Assembly: GCA_910579075.1 (NCBI GenBank)
Contig: CAJTSV010000001.1
Span: 11,304 to 75,303 of the forward strand
DNA length: 64,000 nucleotides
Direction: 5' to 3'
Source: an uncultured Eubacterium sp.
Lineage (GTDB): Bacteria; Bacillota; Clostridia; Lachnospirales; Lachnospiraceae
The notes under the pieces are model-generated. The model did no database searches. It worked only from the letters and a program-made list of their open reading frames with translations, and had not been told where the DNA came from. Below, one piece after another: positions 27,515-36,191 of the stretch; within the stretch, counting starts at the first letter, position 1; every line of letters begins with the position of its first letter. Made by a program: the position numbers and the translations under genes.

Positions 27515-28175
27515 TTATTTATCACAGCGCCGCAAAACAGGAACCAGATTTTTATATGTAATTTCCAGCCTTTCCCATCTTCCATCAATAACTACAGAAT
27601 CTGGCAGTAATAAATTCTGCGCCTCAGAAAATGGCGTCATATCTGCCACCATTTGAAATAATTTAATCAAATCTGCTCCCAGTCCATGTTCTGCATGCTT
27701 AAATATGTTTCCATCCACATCATCTGGCCACACAGTTATCAGCGCTGCCCTGTTTCCTAATGTGTTGAAAAACTGTTTCTTTTCACCATTTCCTGCATAA
27801 CGCCCATATCATTGCAATCCAGCCAGCTTTCTCCAGTATCAATATCTGCCTGAATCTCATCTTTACCACTCAGCATCTGTCCATCAACAATTTGTTCCAG
27901 TTTTTCTTCAAAATTCTGCATATACTGGATGCCAAAATAATCGCACTGCAAGACGGCCATATTATATTCATCTGCAAACTGAGTCCTCATTTTATGATAC
28001 ACTCTCGAATCAATACAGTCTCCATACCCGGGAATCAGACACAAAATACCTGTCTTGGCATTGATTCCCATCTCTGGAATGCTAAACACAACACGAAGCC
28101 TACGCTGCTTATTACCCCCCCCGGAACATATATGCTGTCCTGAGCAGAAATAAACACTTCCATTTCACTTGCCAT
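27515..28175 (-). pseudogene. decayed alpha/beta-hydrolase-like gene, possibly DUF2920-like, with a 5' poly-G tract and a second frameshift
   Basis: RBS AGGAGA + ATG at 28175 gives MASEMEVFISAQDSIYVPGG. After the G8 tract the frame switches to GNKQRRLRVVFSIPEMGINAKTGILCLIPGYGD (ORF 27757..28089). A further shift near 27760 leads into ORF 27515..27733 (..DVDGNIFKHAEHGLGADLIKLF..). Total length is only about 215 codons. Confidence 0.55.
28115..28122 (-). repeat. poly-C(8) on plus strand / poly-G(8) on the coding strand
   Basis: Read directly: atta-cccccccc-ggaaca. Confidence 0.95.
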
Positions 28176-28292
28176 AATCTGTCTCCTGAATTTCACTTAC
28201 TGTAAAATGCACCTGCTTCACTAAATTATTTTAATTGTTTTATATAATACATTTTTTCAGCTATCAGGCCGTACATGCTGCCAGCTGCTGCA

Positions 28293-29339
28293 TTACTCTG
28301 CATATTTCCATTCCATCGGAGTCCCTTTTGGAATATCACACCGTGCTCTCTGCCCAAGTACATTTTCATAATATTTTGTATGCATCCCAATCCCTGGCCT
28401 GATTGATTTCAGATTGGATTCTGAAAATACATCCCCTTTTTTCATATCCTGCGCCACAAATAAGGAACGTGAATTTTTGCGGCTTTTGACTTGTTCTTCA
28501 TTCAGCTCATACGTCACTCTGCCTAATGCCCGTTCTGTGTTTCTGATTTTTCTTACCATCTGTCCAAATTCTTCAGGCTCCATGGAAAAAGCCGCATCCG
28601 GTCCGCCGTCACTGCGTTTTAATGTCAGATGCTTTTCCACCATCTTTGCTCCAAGCGCAACTCCTGCAATCGCCGTTTCGTCCCCCAGCGAATGATCCGA
28701 CAGCCCTGTGATACAGCCAAATGTCTGACCCATATTTGATATTACTTTTAAATTCATATTTTCATAAGGTGCCGGATACGCAGAAACACATTTTAACAGA
28801 ATGACATTCTCATTCTGTTCCTGCCGGCAGGTCCTGAGTGCTAAATCAATGTCTTCCAGATAAGCAATCCCTGTTGATATAATGACGGGCTTGCCAGTTT
28901 TTGCTATTTTTTTTATAAATGGAATGTCATTAATTTCAAATGACGCCACTTTATAAGCCGGAACTTCCAGCTTTTCCAGAAAGTCAATGGCAGTCAAATC
29001 AAAAGGAGACGAAAAGCAGCCGATTCCCCTTGCTTTTGCATGCTGCATCAATTCCTCGTGCCATTCCCATGGCGTATATGCCTTTTGATACAGCTCATAT
29101 AACGTCTGTCCTTTCCAAAGGCCTCTTGCCTGAAAATACTCAGCGCTGCCATTCATCGTAATTGTGTCCGGTGTGTATGTCTGTAATTTTACTGCATCTG
29201 CCCCCGCATCTGCCGCCGCATCGACAATTTCTTTCGCCCTGTTCAAATCCATTTTATGATTTGCCGACATTTCAGCAACAATATATACGGGCCCGTTCTC
29301 TGTAATTACGTGATTTCCTATCTTTATTTCTTTGTTCAA
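28293..29339 (-). CDS. pseI: pseudaminic acid synthase (NeuB family)
   Basis: VYIVAEMSANHKMDLNRAKEIVDAAADAGADAVKLQTY, with a C-terminal SAF/antifreeze-like domain. Next to pseF. Confidence 0.85.
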   Translation of the reverse strand: MNKEIKIGNHVITENGPVYIVAEMSANHKMDLNRAKEIVDAAADAGADAVKLQTYTPDTITMNGSAEYFQARGLWKGQTLYELYQKAYTPWEWHEELMQHAKARGIGCFSSPFDLTAIDFLEKLEVPAYKVASFEINDIPFIKKIAKTGKPVIISTGIAYLEDIDLALRTCRQEQNENVILLKCVSAYPAPYENMNLKVISNMGQTFGCITGLSDHSLGDETAIAGVALGAKMVEKHLTLKRSDGGPDAAFSMEPEEFGQMVRKIRNTERALGRVTYELNEEQVKSRKNSRSLFVAQDMKKGDVFSESNLKSIRPGIGMHTKYYENVLGQRARCDIPKGTPMEWKYAE

Positions 29340-29379
29340 ATTGTTTCCCTCTCTTATTTTGTAATGCTGCCTGCACTTT

Positions 29380-30084
29380 CTAACTGCCTTCTTCTTTATG
29401 CTTCTTTAAATACTCTGCTTTCAATTCAGCCATTTTCCAGTCTTCTTCCGTATCAATGTCCTGAACTTCCTGCTCCGGACATATAATCGGATAAATCTTT
29501 CCATGAATCTGTCTGTATTTCATAAAGCTGGAAACCTCATAGAAATAAAACTGCCCCGCATCATGGTACATTTTTTCCAAATCCTGCGACCTTGCATTTT
29601 TGAATTCCTCCCATTTATAATGAAAAGAACCATCATCAGAAAAAACATAAGACCTCTGAGGCGGGTAAGAAAACGGAACAACCGGAAGCACCTGCACATA
29701 ATCATTCGACGAAATCAGCTGCATGCACTGTTTTAATTTATCTGCTGTAATAAACGGATTGGCCGGATACAGGCAGGCCATATAATCAAATGTCCTTCCC
29801 ATCTTCTGGTATTCTTCGAGCACCTCCAGTAAAACATCTGTCGTCGTCGAATAATCATCGGAAGCTGCCGCGCTGCGCATAAACGGTACCGACGCGCCTG
29901 CCCTTCTGGCAATTTGCGCGATTTCCTCATCGTCCGTAGAAACCATGACTTCATCAAAGATTTCCGCTTTTAATGCCGCTTCAATGGAATATAGCATAAT
30001 CGGTTTTCCAAGAAACTCTTTTATATTCTTTCTGGGAATCCGTTTGCTTCCTCCACGTGCAGTAATGATTGCAATTGTATTCAT
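29380..30084 (-). CDS. pseF: pseudaminic acid cytidylyltransferase
   Basis: IAIITARGGSKRIPRKNIKEFLGKPI (CMP-sugar synthetase motif). 234 aa. Confidence 0.8.
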   Translation of the reverse strand: MNTIAIITARGGSKRIPRKNIKEFLGKPIMLYSIEAALKAEIFDEVMVSTDDEEIAQIARRAGASVPFMRSAAASDDYSTTTDVLLEVLEEYQKMGRTFDYMACLYPANPFITADKLKQCMQLISSNDYVQVLPVVPFSYPPQRSYVFSDDGSFHYKWEEFKNARSQDLEKMYHDAGQFYFYEVSSFMKYRQIHGKIYPIICPEQEVQDIDTEEDWKMAELKAEYLKKHKEEGS

Positions 30085-30237
30085 TTACACCTGTTCCCCT
30101 CATCCTTTCACATTGGTGCATCAGCATTCCTGTATTTCCAGTTGATGCTGGTTTGCACAAGATTCATCTGGCAGTTTTATGCTACTACCATTCCAGCAGC
30201 TTGTCAATTATATATTCTATTTTCTTCAGAAAGCATC

Positions 30238-30897
30238 TTATTTTACTGCCACTACATGATACCACGAATGCCTGGTTTTTCTATTGTTTTCTGTAAACTC
30301 AAATAATTCAAGGGATTCCACCCGAAGCCCCGCCTTTTCGTATATCTGCCTTACTTCTTGTTCATTACAGAAAAAATAACGGCATCCATCCCGGCTGGAA
30401 TCTTCTCCCAGCTTATACAGCCCGTTCTCCAATCTGCTCCCCTTTTCTATCAGTGTATTTCTCTCGCTTCTCCAGTCTGCCCATATTTTTCCGCCTGCTT
30501 TCAATGCCTTGCACAGATTTTGTAAAATAATGGTATTATCTTCTTTATTATTATAAAACAGGCTGCCATCTGCAATAATTCCATCCATGCTTTCACTGTT
30601 AACCGGAATATCAAATCCTTCGTTTTTTATAACTGTTATCTTTAAATTTTCTGATTCTGCTTTTCGTTTTACGGCCTGAACCGCTTCCTGCGTATAATCC
30701 ATGGCCACGATTTCAAATCCCTCCTGCGCAAGCGCTATGGCATTTCTCCCTGCGCCGCACCCAAAATCTAATAAAACAGCAGGAACCTTGAAATTCTTTT
30801 TCACAAACCTGATTACCCGTTCATCCGGCCACACTAAATTTCCCCTGAGAATTTCTCCGCCCCAGAATTTTCTTGTCTGCTCAAAATCAGCATTCAT
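30238..30897 (-). CDS. class I SAM-dependent methyltransferase
   Basis: LLDFGCGAGRNAIALAQEGFEIVAMDYT. Confidence 0.7.
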   Translation of the reverse strand: MNADFEQTRKFWGGEILRGNLVWPDERVIRFVKKNFKVPAVLLDFGCGAGRNAIALAQEGFEIVAMDYTQEAVQAVKRKAESENLKITVIKNEGFDIPVNSESMDGIIADGSLFYNNKEDNTIILQNLCKALKAGGKIWADWRSERNTLIEKGSRLENGLYKLGEDSSRDGCRYFFCNEQEVRQIYEKAGLRVESLELFEFTENNRKTRHSWYHVVAVK

Positions 30898-30964
30898 TCT
30901 AATTTCCTCCCTAATGAATCTGTTCTTAATTTTATTTCCACAAATGTATTCTGCATCTTTTCCA

Positions 30965-32017
30965 TCAGCAGTTTTTATTTTTTATAAGCTCTTTAATAAT
31001 ATCAGCAATTCGTTCTGCGCCTTTTCCATCAACCAGCTTCTTATTTCTGCGAATAAGTTTTTCTTTTTCTGCCACCGGCTGCCTGTGCATTTTTTCCAGG
31101 AGCAGCATTATCTGTTCTGCCACGGCTTGTGCATCTTCCCTGGCATCTCCTGCCCACAAACCGTTTTCATGTTCTTCCAGCCGTCTGCCAAAATACACCT
31201 GGTCGTCCGAAAAACCGAAACACACAAATGGAACTCCGCTGGCCATCAATTCATATACCGTTGTTCCGCCAGCAGTAACTGCACAGCGGCTCTGGCGCAT
31301 GACCTCATTCATGTTGTTTATATTCTGCATAACTGTAATGTTAGAATAATTCCTGCATAATTCTTTTATTTTTTTATCATCCCTGTTCATCGTTCCCATC
31401 ACAATACAGCAGGATTTTCTTTCGAACCATGGCCGTTCCAGTATTTTTTGCAGCAGACGCCAGGTCATATGATATGTATCACTGCCTCCTGTTGTAATCA
31501 GCAAGTCATATATTTTTTTTATCTTATGATATTCGTTATGTTCCGATACAAATCCTTCTCTTAACGGCACATACTTCATTCCGGCATAAATATTTACTCC
31601 GCTTCCTCTGTACAGCTTTTCAATCGTATGCTCATTTTCCCATTCAGAATAATGCAAAACCCCGCACAGATGATATCGCTCTTTGCACAAATCATCCAGA
31701 TAAAAAACCGGAACTTCACTTGACAGCTGCTCAAAAAAATAACCTGTTGCTTGATAGGAATCCACAACCAGGCAGTCTATTCCATATTTTTTAATACTCT
31801 GTCTTACTTTGCTGATTCCAGAATCCCAGTCATCCCATCTCACATTCAGTATATGATAGGGGATATTTTCCTGTTTCAATTTATCTGTATATGCATCTTC
31901 CGCCAATAAAAAAATACATTCCTCCCCGGCAGCCGCACAGCATTTTGCAATGGATATACAGCGAAACAGGTGTCCTGTGGCAATATATTCATTTGCATCA
32001 GCCCGAAAAGCAATCAT
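30965..32017 (-). CDS. second PseG-like / GT28-like protein
   Basis: IAFRADANEYIATGHLFRCISIAK N-terminus and TAGGTTVYELMASGVPFV C-terminus. Paralogous to 19801..20829. Confidence 0.6.
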   Translation of the reverse strand: MIAFRADANEYIATGHLFRCISIAKCCAAAGEECIFLLAEDAYTDKLKQENIPYHILNVRWDDWDSGISKVRQSIKKYGIDCLVVDSYQATGYFFEQLSSEVPVFYLDDLCKERYHLCGVLHYSEWENEHTIEKLYRGSGVNIYAGMKYVPLREGFVSEHNEYHKIKKIYDLLITTGGSDTYHMTWRLLQKILERPWFERKSCCIVMGTMNRDDKKIKELCRNYSNITVMQNINNMNEVMRQSRCAVTAGGTTVYELMASGVPFVCFGFSDDQVYFGRRLEEHENGLWAGDAREDAQAVAEQIMLLLEKMHRQPVAEKEKLIRRNKKLVDGKGAERIADIIKELIKNKNC

Positions 32018-32088
32018 ATTACACCTCCTGTCTGGACAGTCTGTTTCATTACTTCTTACATCCTGTTATTGTCAGGCTATTCCGGCAT

Positions 32089-33081
32089 TTATAGCATAAT
32101 TCTGTTTTGCATTATCAGCATTTCTTTTTCGCTTTTCATCATCGCATCTGTGTACTTTAGCATAACCTCATTTTCATCATACTGTCCAATTTCCGGAATG
32201 CTTCTTTTCCTGCCCGCATTCCGTGACAAGCAGCGGATAAAATTAACTCCGCATGCATAAGCATGTGGATAGCCACCTCCAAATCTTGGGTTAATTTCTA
32301 ATACATGGTATTTTCCATCATATTTAAATAAATCTATATCGGCTGCTCCCCGCAAATTGACTGTCTGAACTATTTTTTTTATAAAATCAAAAAGAGCCTC
32401 ATCTTTTACAGACTTTGATTTCTCTGTTTCTCCTGCCCTCATCCGGATTTTTTCTTTTACAAAAACAGCTGTCATCTCTCCGCTTAGAAAGTCTACATAT
32501 ACATCTGCACCATATTCCTGTGCGTCAATATATGGCTGGACAACCAGCTTTTCCTGAACATCTTCTGCGTAATAAAACAGCAGTGGAAATGATTTTATTT
32601 TAAGATTTCCAATGCTTCCAGCCCCCATCCTCTTTTTCGCTATAACTGGAAATTTCATATGATTAATCACATCCTGCATTGTGTTATAATCATACGTTTC
32701 TATACATGAGATACCATTTCCGACAAGCTGTTGATATAACATCAGTTTGTCTCTGCAAGTTCTGACTGTTTCAATATCCGATACTGCTGCCAGTATTCCT
32801 TCTTTTTCAAATATTTCTTTGTTAGAGGCAATCAGTTCTAACTCATCTTCTTGAAGGGGCAGTATCATATGGATATCTTCTTTTTTACAAATTCCTAAAA
32901 TAACAGATAAGTAATTACTTTCTACAGCTTTTGGAACAATATAATAAATATCAGACATATAGATTGCAGGTGCATAAATACTGCAGTCAGTCGTTACTAC
33001 TTTATCAAATCCATTCGTTTTCTGTTTAAAATATTTTACTAGCTGGCATCTGGTTCCTGCACTTAAAATCAAAATATTCAC
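32089..33081 (-). CDS. ATP-grasp domain ligase
   Basis: FPVIAKKRMGAGSIGN, VVQPYI, DIDLFKYDGKYHVLEINPRFGGGYP. I prefer the GTG start at 33081, 4 nt after a GGGGGAGGGG RBS. The ORF track start at 33225 adds an unlikely basic leader. Confidence 0.7.
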   Translation of the reverse strand: MNILILSAGTRCQLVKYFKQKTNGFDKVVTTDCSIYAPAIYMSDIYYIVPKAVESNYLSVILGICKKEDIHMILPLQEDELELIASNKEIFEKEGILAAVSDIETVRTCRDKLMLYQQLVGNGISCIETYDYNTMQDVINHMKFPVIAKKRMGAGSIGNLKIKSFPLLFYYAEDVQEKLVVQPYIDAQEYGADVYVDFLSGEMTAVFVKEKIRMRAGETEKSKSVKDEALFDFIKKIVQTVNLRGAADIDLFKYDGKYHVLEINPRFGGGYPHAYACGVNFIRCLSRNAGRKRSIPEIGQYDENEVMLKYTDAMMKSEKEMLIMQNRIML

Positions 33082-33313
33082 TCTGCCCCTCCCCCTATCA
33101 AAAATGCATTTATGCCAGCACATATTCTTTTTTCTTTCATAATTTAATGATGTACACTCCCTGTTTTTTCTTCCTAAATTTGCATATATATTTTTCACAA
33201 CTCTTTCCTTGCTCGTTCTATGCATTTCTTAAATAAACATTTACATGCTGTGATGTTTACAATTAAACCTAAATAAACTCGTAATCTTAACTACAGCATC
33301 GAATTTATAATCA

Positions 33314-33455
33314 AAATGTGTACTTTTGTCTTTCAGAACGTATTGAAATATATATCGTTTATATCTTACAAATTCTTAATATGTAAAATTTAATTTTTAA
33401 TACATTCTATCTAAATTTTTATCTTAATGAAGATATTCTATAAAAGTACACATTT
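33314..33455. repeat. perfect 14-bp inverted repeat (aaatgtgtactttt at 33314..33327; aaaagtacacattt at 33442..33455) flanking 114 bp
   Basis: Read directly. Lies between the recombinase stop and the first gene of the island. Confidence 0.8.
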
Positions 33456-33499
33456 AGAGAATTTCAAACATATACAAATGTATATGTATATCACTATAA

Positions 33500-34114
33500 T
33501 TATGTACCCATAGATTTTTGTTCTTTTATTTTATTTGCCTGCTTATAAAAAGTTGAAGCTGCCATTTTACAAATTTTTGCAGCTTCTTTTCCTGTCAATT
33601 CCCCGCTTTCCCATTTCTGCAAAGCCTCACTAAAATTCTCAGGCAAAGGTTTTGCGGGCCTTCCAAACTGTACTCCCCTTAACCTGGCAGCACTGATTCC
33701 CTCTTTCTGGCGCTGTTTGATATTCTTCCTTTCATTTTCTGCCACATAGCTTAAAAGAGCCAGAACTATATCGCTCAAAAATGTGCCTAACAAATCTTTT
33801 CCTCTCCTTGTATCAAGCAAAGGCATATCTAATACTACTATGTCTATTTTTTTCTCTTTTGTTAAAATTCTCCACTGTTCTATAATTTCTTCATAATTTC
33901 TTCCAAGCCGGTCTATGCTTTGAATATATAATACATCATCCTTTTTTAATTTTCGTAAAAGTTTTTGATACATTGGCCTGTTAAAATCTTTTCCAGACTG
34001 CTTATCTATATAAATATTCCTGTTGGGAACAGGCACTTTCTCCAATGCCATAAGCTGTCTGCATTCATTCTGTTCTTTCGTGCTGACGCGCACATAACCA
34101 TACACTGCACACAT
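33500..34114 (-). CDS. small serine recombinase (resolvase/invertase family)
   Basis: YGYVRVSTKEQNECRQ (catalytic Ser), SIDRLGRNYEE, and a C-terminal HTH (GKEAAKICKMAASTFYK). ATG at 34114 lies 5 nt after GGAGG. The ORF track begins at a GTG at 34126. Confidence 0.9.
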   Translation of the reverse strand: MCAVYGYVRVSTKEQNECRQLMALEKVPVPNRNIYIDKQSGKDFNRPMYQKLLRKLKKDDVLYIQSIDRLGRNYEEIIEQWRILTKEKKIDIVVLDMPLLDTRRGKDLLGTFLSDIVLALLSYVAENERKNIKQRQKEGISAARLRGVQFGRPAKPLPENFSEALQKWESGELTGKEAAKICKMAASTFYKQANKIKEQKSMGT

Positions 34115-34960
34115 ATAAACCTCCACATACTTAAAAATAGACTGTATTAAGTATGGCAGATTTTATGAAAAATTTAAATTAACATTTATATAAACTGTTC
34201 ATTTCCTCTATAAACACCTACTGGCGAATTTGTTTGCTTAGTGCAGGCCGAAACTCCTATACGCTTTCTGTCTAATATTAAAAAAACGCCTCGTCATTTT
34301 TCTAAATGCACAGCATTTTCATTTCAAATCATCTGCAATCATCGAAATGACCTTCTCAGAAAGGATATCCAGATCTGACCTTTTATCCATGAAAAGTAGG
34401 TTACTGTATTTAGGTGCTGAATTATCTTTTGAAAAAATATGGCTGACTTCGTATGCAGTCCTGCTTTTACTAAAACAGTCTTCATCCCGGAGTAATTCCA
34501 CTATGTAACACTCACTTTTTTCCTTTCAATTTTTAACATACTCTTTGTTCAGACACAAAGTAAAATTAAGGTTGGTTGTCCCAAATCTGTAGCTTTTTGT
34601 ATTGGTCAGAATCTTCTGCAGCATTGGGCACTCATCAATCCCAACTGTATCTCTGCCCTGTGCGTAGCTATGCAGATTTTCATGGAACTGATGGTGCCTG
34701 CATGGGATTAACTTGTAAAAAAAGAAAATTATAATGAGCACTTATAAATATCATAAATGTTAAGCTGCAGATGGTGGTTTTCTCTGAAGAAAGCAATAAA
34801 AATGCGCTGGATATCTAGCCATCCAACACATCAGTAATTTAAAATAGCGGTTTTATGATAAAAAAATTATTTTTTGAATTAAATATGTTCGTCAAAAGTG
34901 GTATATAAATAGCAAGACTATTACTATATTATTAAAAGTACATCACAGATTTTGCACAGT

Positions 34961-35004
34961 AAACCGCTGGTACAGGCTGACCACATTGCCTATACCAGCG
35001 GTTT
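34961..35004. terminator. 12-bp perfect hairpin (aaaccgctggta / taccagcggttt, 20-nt loop); possible terminator of the flaG-fliT operon
   Basis: Read directly, about 140 nt downstream of fliT. Only a short T-run follows on either strand. Confidence 0.4.
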
Positions 35005-35144
35005 GTTTACTTCTAACTTACCAAAAATCCGTAACTATACTTTCCCATATGCTATAGAAATCAGTATCAAAAGCTTGTACCATTACTGTCCGCTTCGCCT
35101 ATTTCACCGAAACATATATCTTTAAAAGGAATTATAAATATCTT

Positions 35145-35624
35145 CTACTTTTTATTATCCAGAAACTGTGCATCTATATAATTGACTTTCATCATATTTT
35201 TATAATACTTCTGAACAGCACTTTGACTGTTCTTAACTTCCCGAATCTGTTTTTTCACATCACTGAATTTTTGCTGTGCCAGCTGGTAATTGCGCTGTTC
35301 TTCTGCCTGTATGCTGCTGCTTTCCGCAGTTATGTCACGAATCAATTCCTGAAATTTCCGAATCTGCTCCTGATACTTCTCTTTATTTCCGGTAATCTCC
35401 TCACGGACACGCTCATACAGATTATCAAACCCTTCATCCAGCATATCCAGGCTTTCTACAAGCTTTGCCTTGCTTTCAATATTTCTCTCAAAATCTGCCG
35501 GAGCCAGATTTTCATCCAGCAGCATAATCCGCTGCTCCTCATTTTTTTTTCGGATTTCCCCCAGTACCGCCAGCTTTTTTGTCAGACTCTGCGTCATGAT
35601 TTCCAGATATTCCTGTTCCTGCAT
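35145..35624 (-). CDS. fliT: FliT-like flagellar export chaperone
   Basis: Helical 159-aa protein directly after fliS, as in the B. subtilis flaG-fliD-fliS-fliT order. ATG at 35624 follows an AGGGGTG RBS. Confidence 0.5.
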   Translation of the reverse strand: MQEQEYLEIMTQSLTKKLAVLGEIRKKNEEQRIMLLDENLAPADFERNIESKAKLVESLDMLDEGFDNLYERVREEITGNKEKYQEQIRKFQELIRDITAESSSIQAEEQRNYQLAQQKFSDVKKQIREVKNSQSAVQKYYKNMMKVNYIDAQFLDNKK

Positions 35625-35660
35625 ATAATACACCCCTGCTTCTTTTTTGTTATTGCCAGC

Positions 35661-36041
35661 TTATTTCTGTGCTGGTGCCAGACGCATAACCTCTTTCCAT
35701 GTGTCGCGCATCGTCCTCAGATGTGTCAGTACTTCTTCCAATATTTCTTTATCTTTTTTCATATTTGCCTGAACCAGGCGTTCGCTTATATAAATATACA
35801 CGTTATTAAAATCTTTTGCTACTTCATATTTAAAATTCAAGGTGGCTTGAAATTCTTCGATAATTTTTTCTGCTTTGACTATATTTGCATGTGCTTTTTC
35901 TATATCTTTATCTTCAATAGCCTTCACCGCTATATTGCAGAATTTAATTGCCCCTTCGTATAGCATTAATGTCAGCTCCGCTGGCGACGCTGTCATTATC
36001 TTATTTGTTGCGTAAGCTGAATATGCATTATTCTTTAACAT
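35661..36041 (-). CDS. fliS: flagellin-specific chaperone FliS
   Basis: MLKNNAYSAYATNKIMTASPAELTLMLYEGAIKF. I chose the start at 36041 because it follows an AGGGAGGA RBS. Confidence 0.9.
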   Translation of the reverse strand: MLKNNAYSAYATNKIMTASPAELTLMLYEGAIKFCNIAVKAIEDKDIEKAHANIVKAEKIIEEFQATLNFKYEVAKDFNNVYIYISERLVQANMKKDKEILEEVLTHLRTMRDTWKEVMRLAPAQK

Positions 36042-36191
36042 CCCGAATCCTCCCTGATATTCCGACATTAAATTTTTTTCTTCGCTGCCAAAACCAGCAA
36101 AATACCCTGCAGCCAGCTGAAGCATTTTATGCAAATGCTCACTGAGCTGTGGGGTATTTTACTTTATAAAACAGTTATCAGATTCATCTGA

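Noticed and set aside
30701-31360. 219-aa plus-strand ORF spanning the methyltransferase / PseG-like junction
   Set aside because: It is antisense to two recognisable genes and crosses their intergenic gap. It has no RBS or motif.
34319-34741. Two small minus-strand ORFs (60 and 71 aa) as real genes
   Set aside because: Neither has a Shine-Dalgarno or a recognisable domain, their composition is odd, and they sit in an otherwise non-coding AT-rich stretch. They are more likely relics.
35223-35963. 246-aa plus-strand ORF
   Set aside because: It lies fully antisense to fliT and fliS. It has a low-complexity F/L/I/C-rich composition, no RBS and no recognisable motif. It is a shadow ORF of well-supported minus-strand genes.
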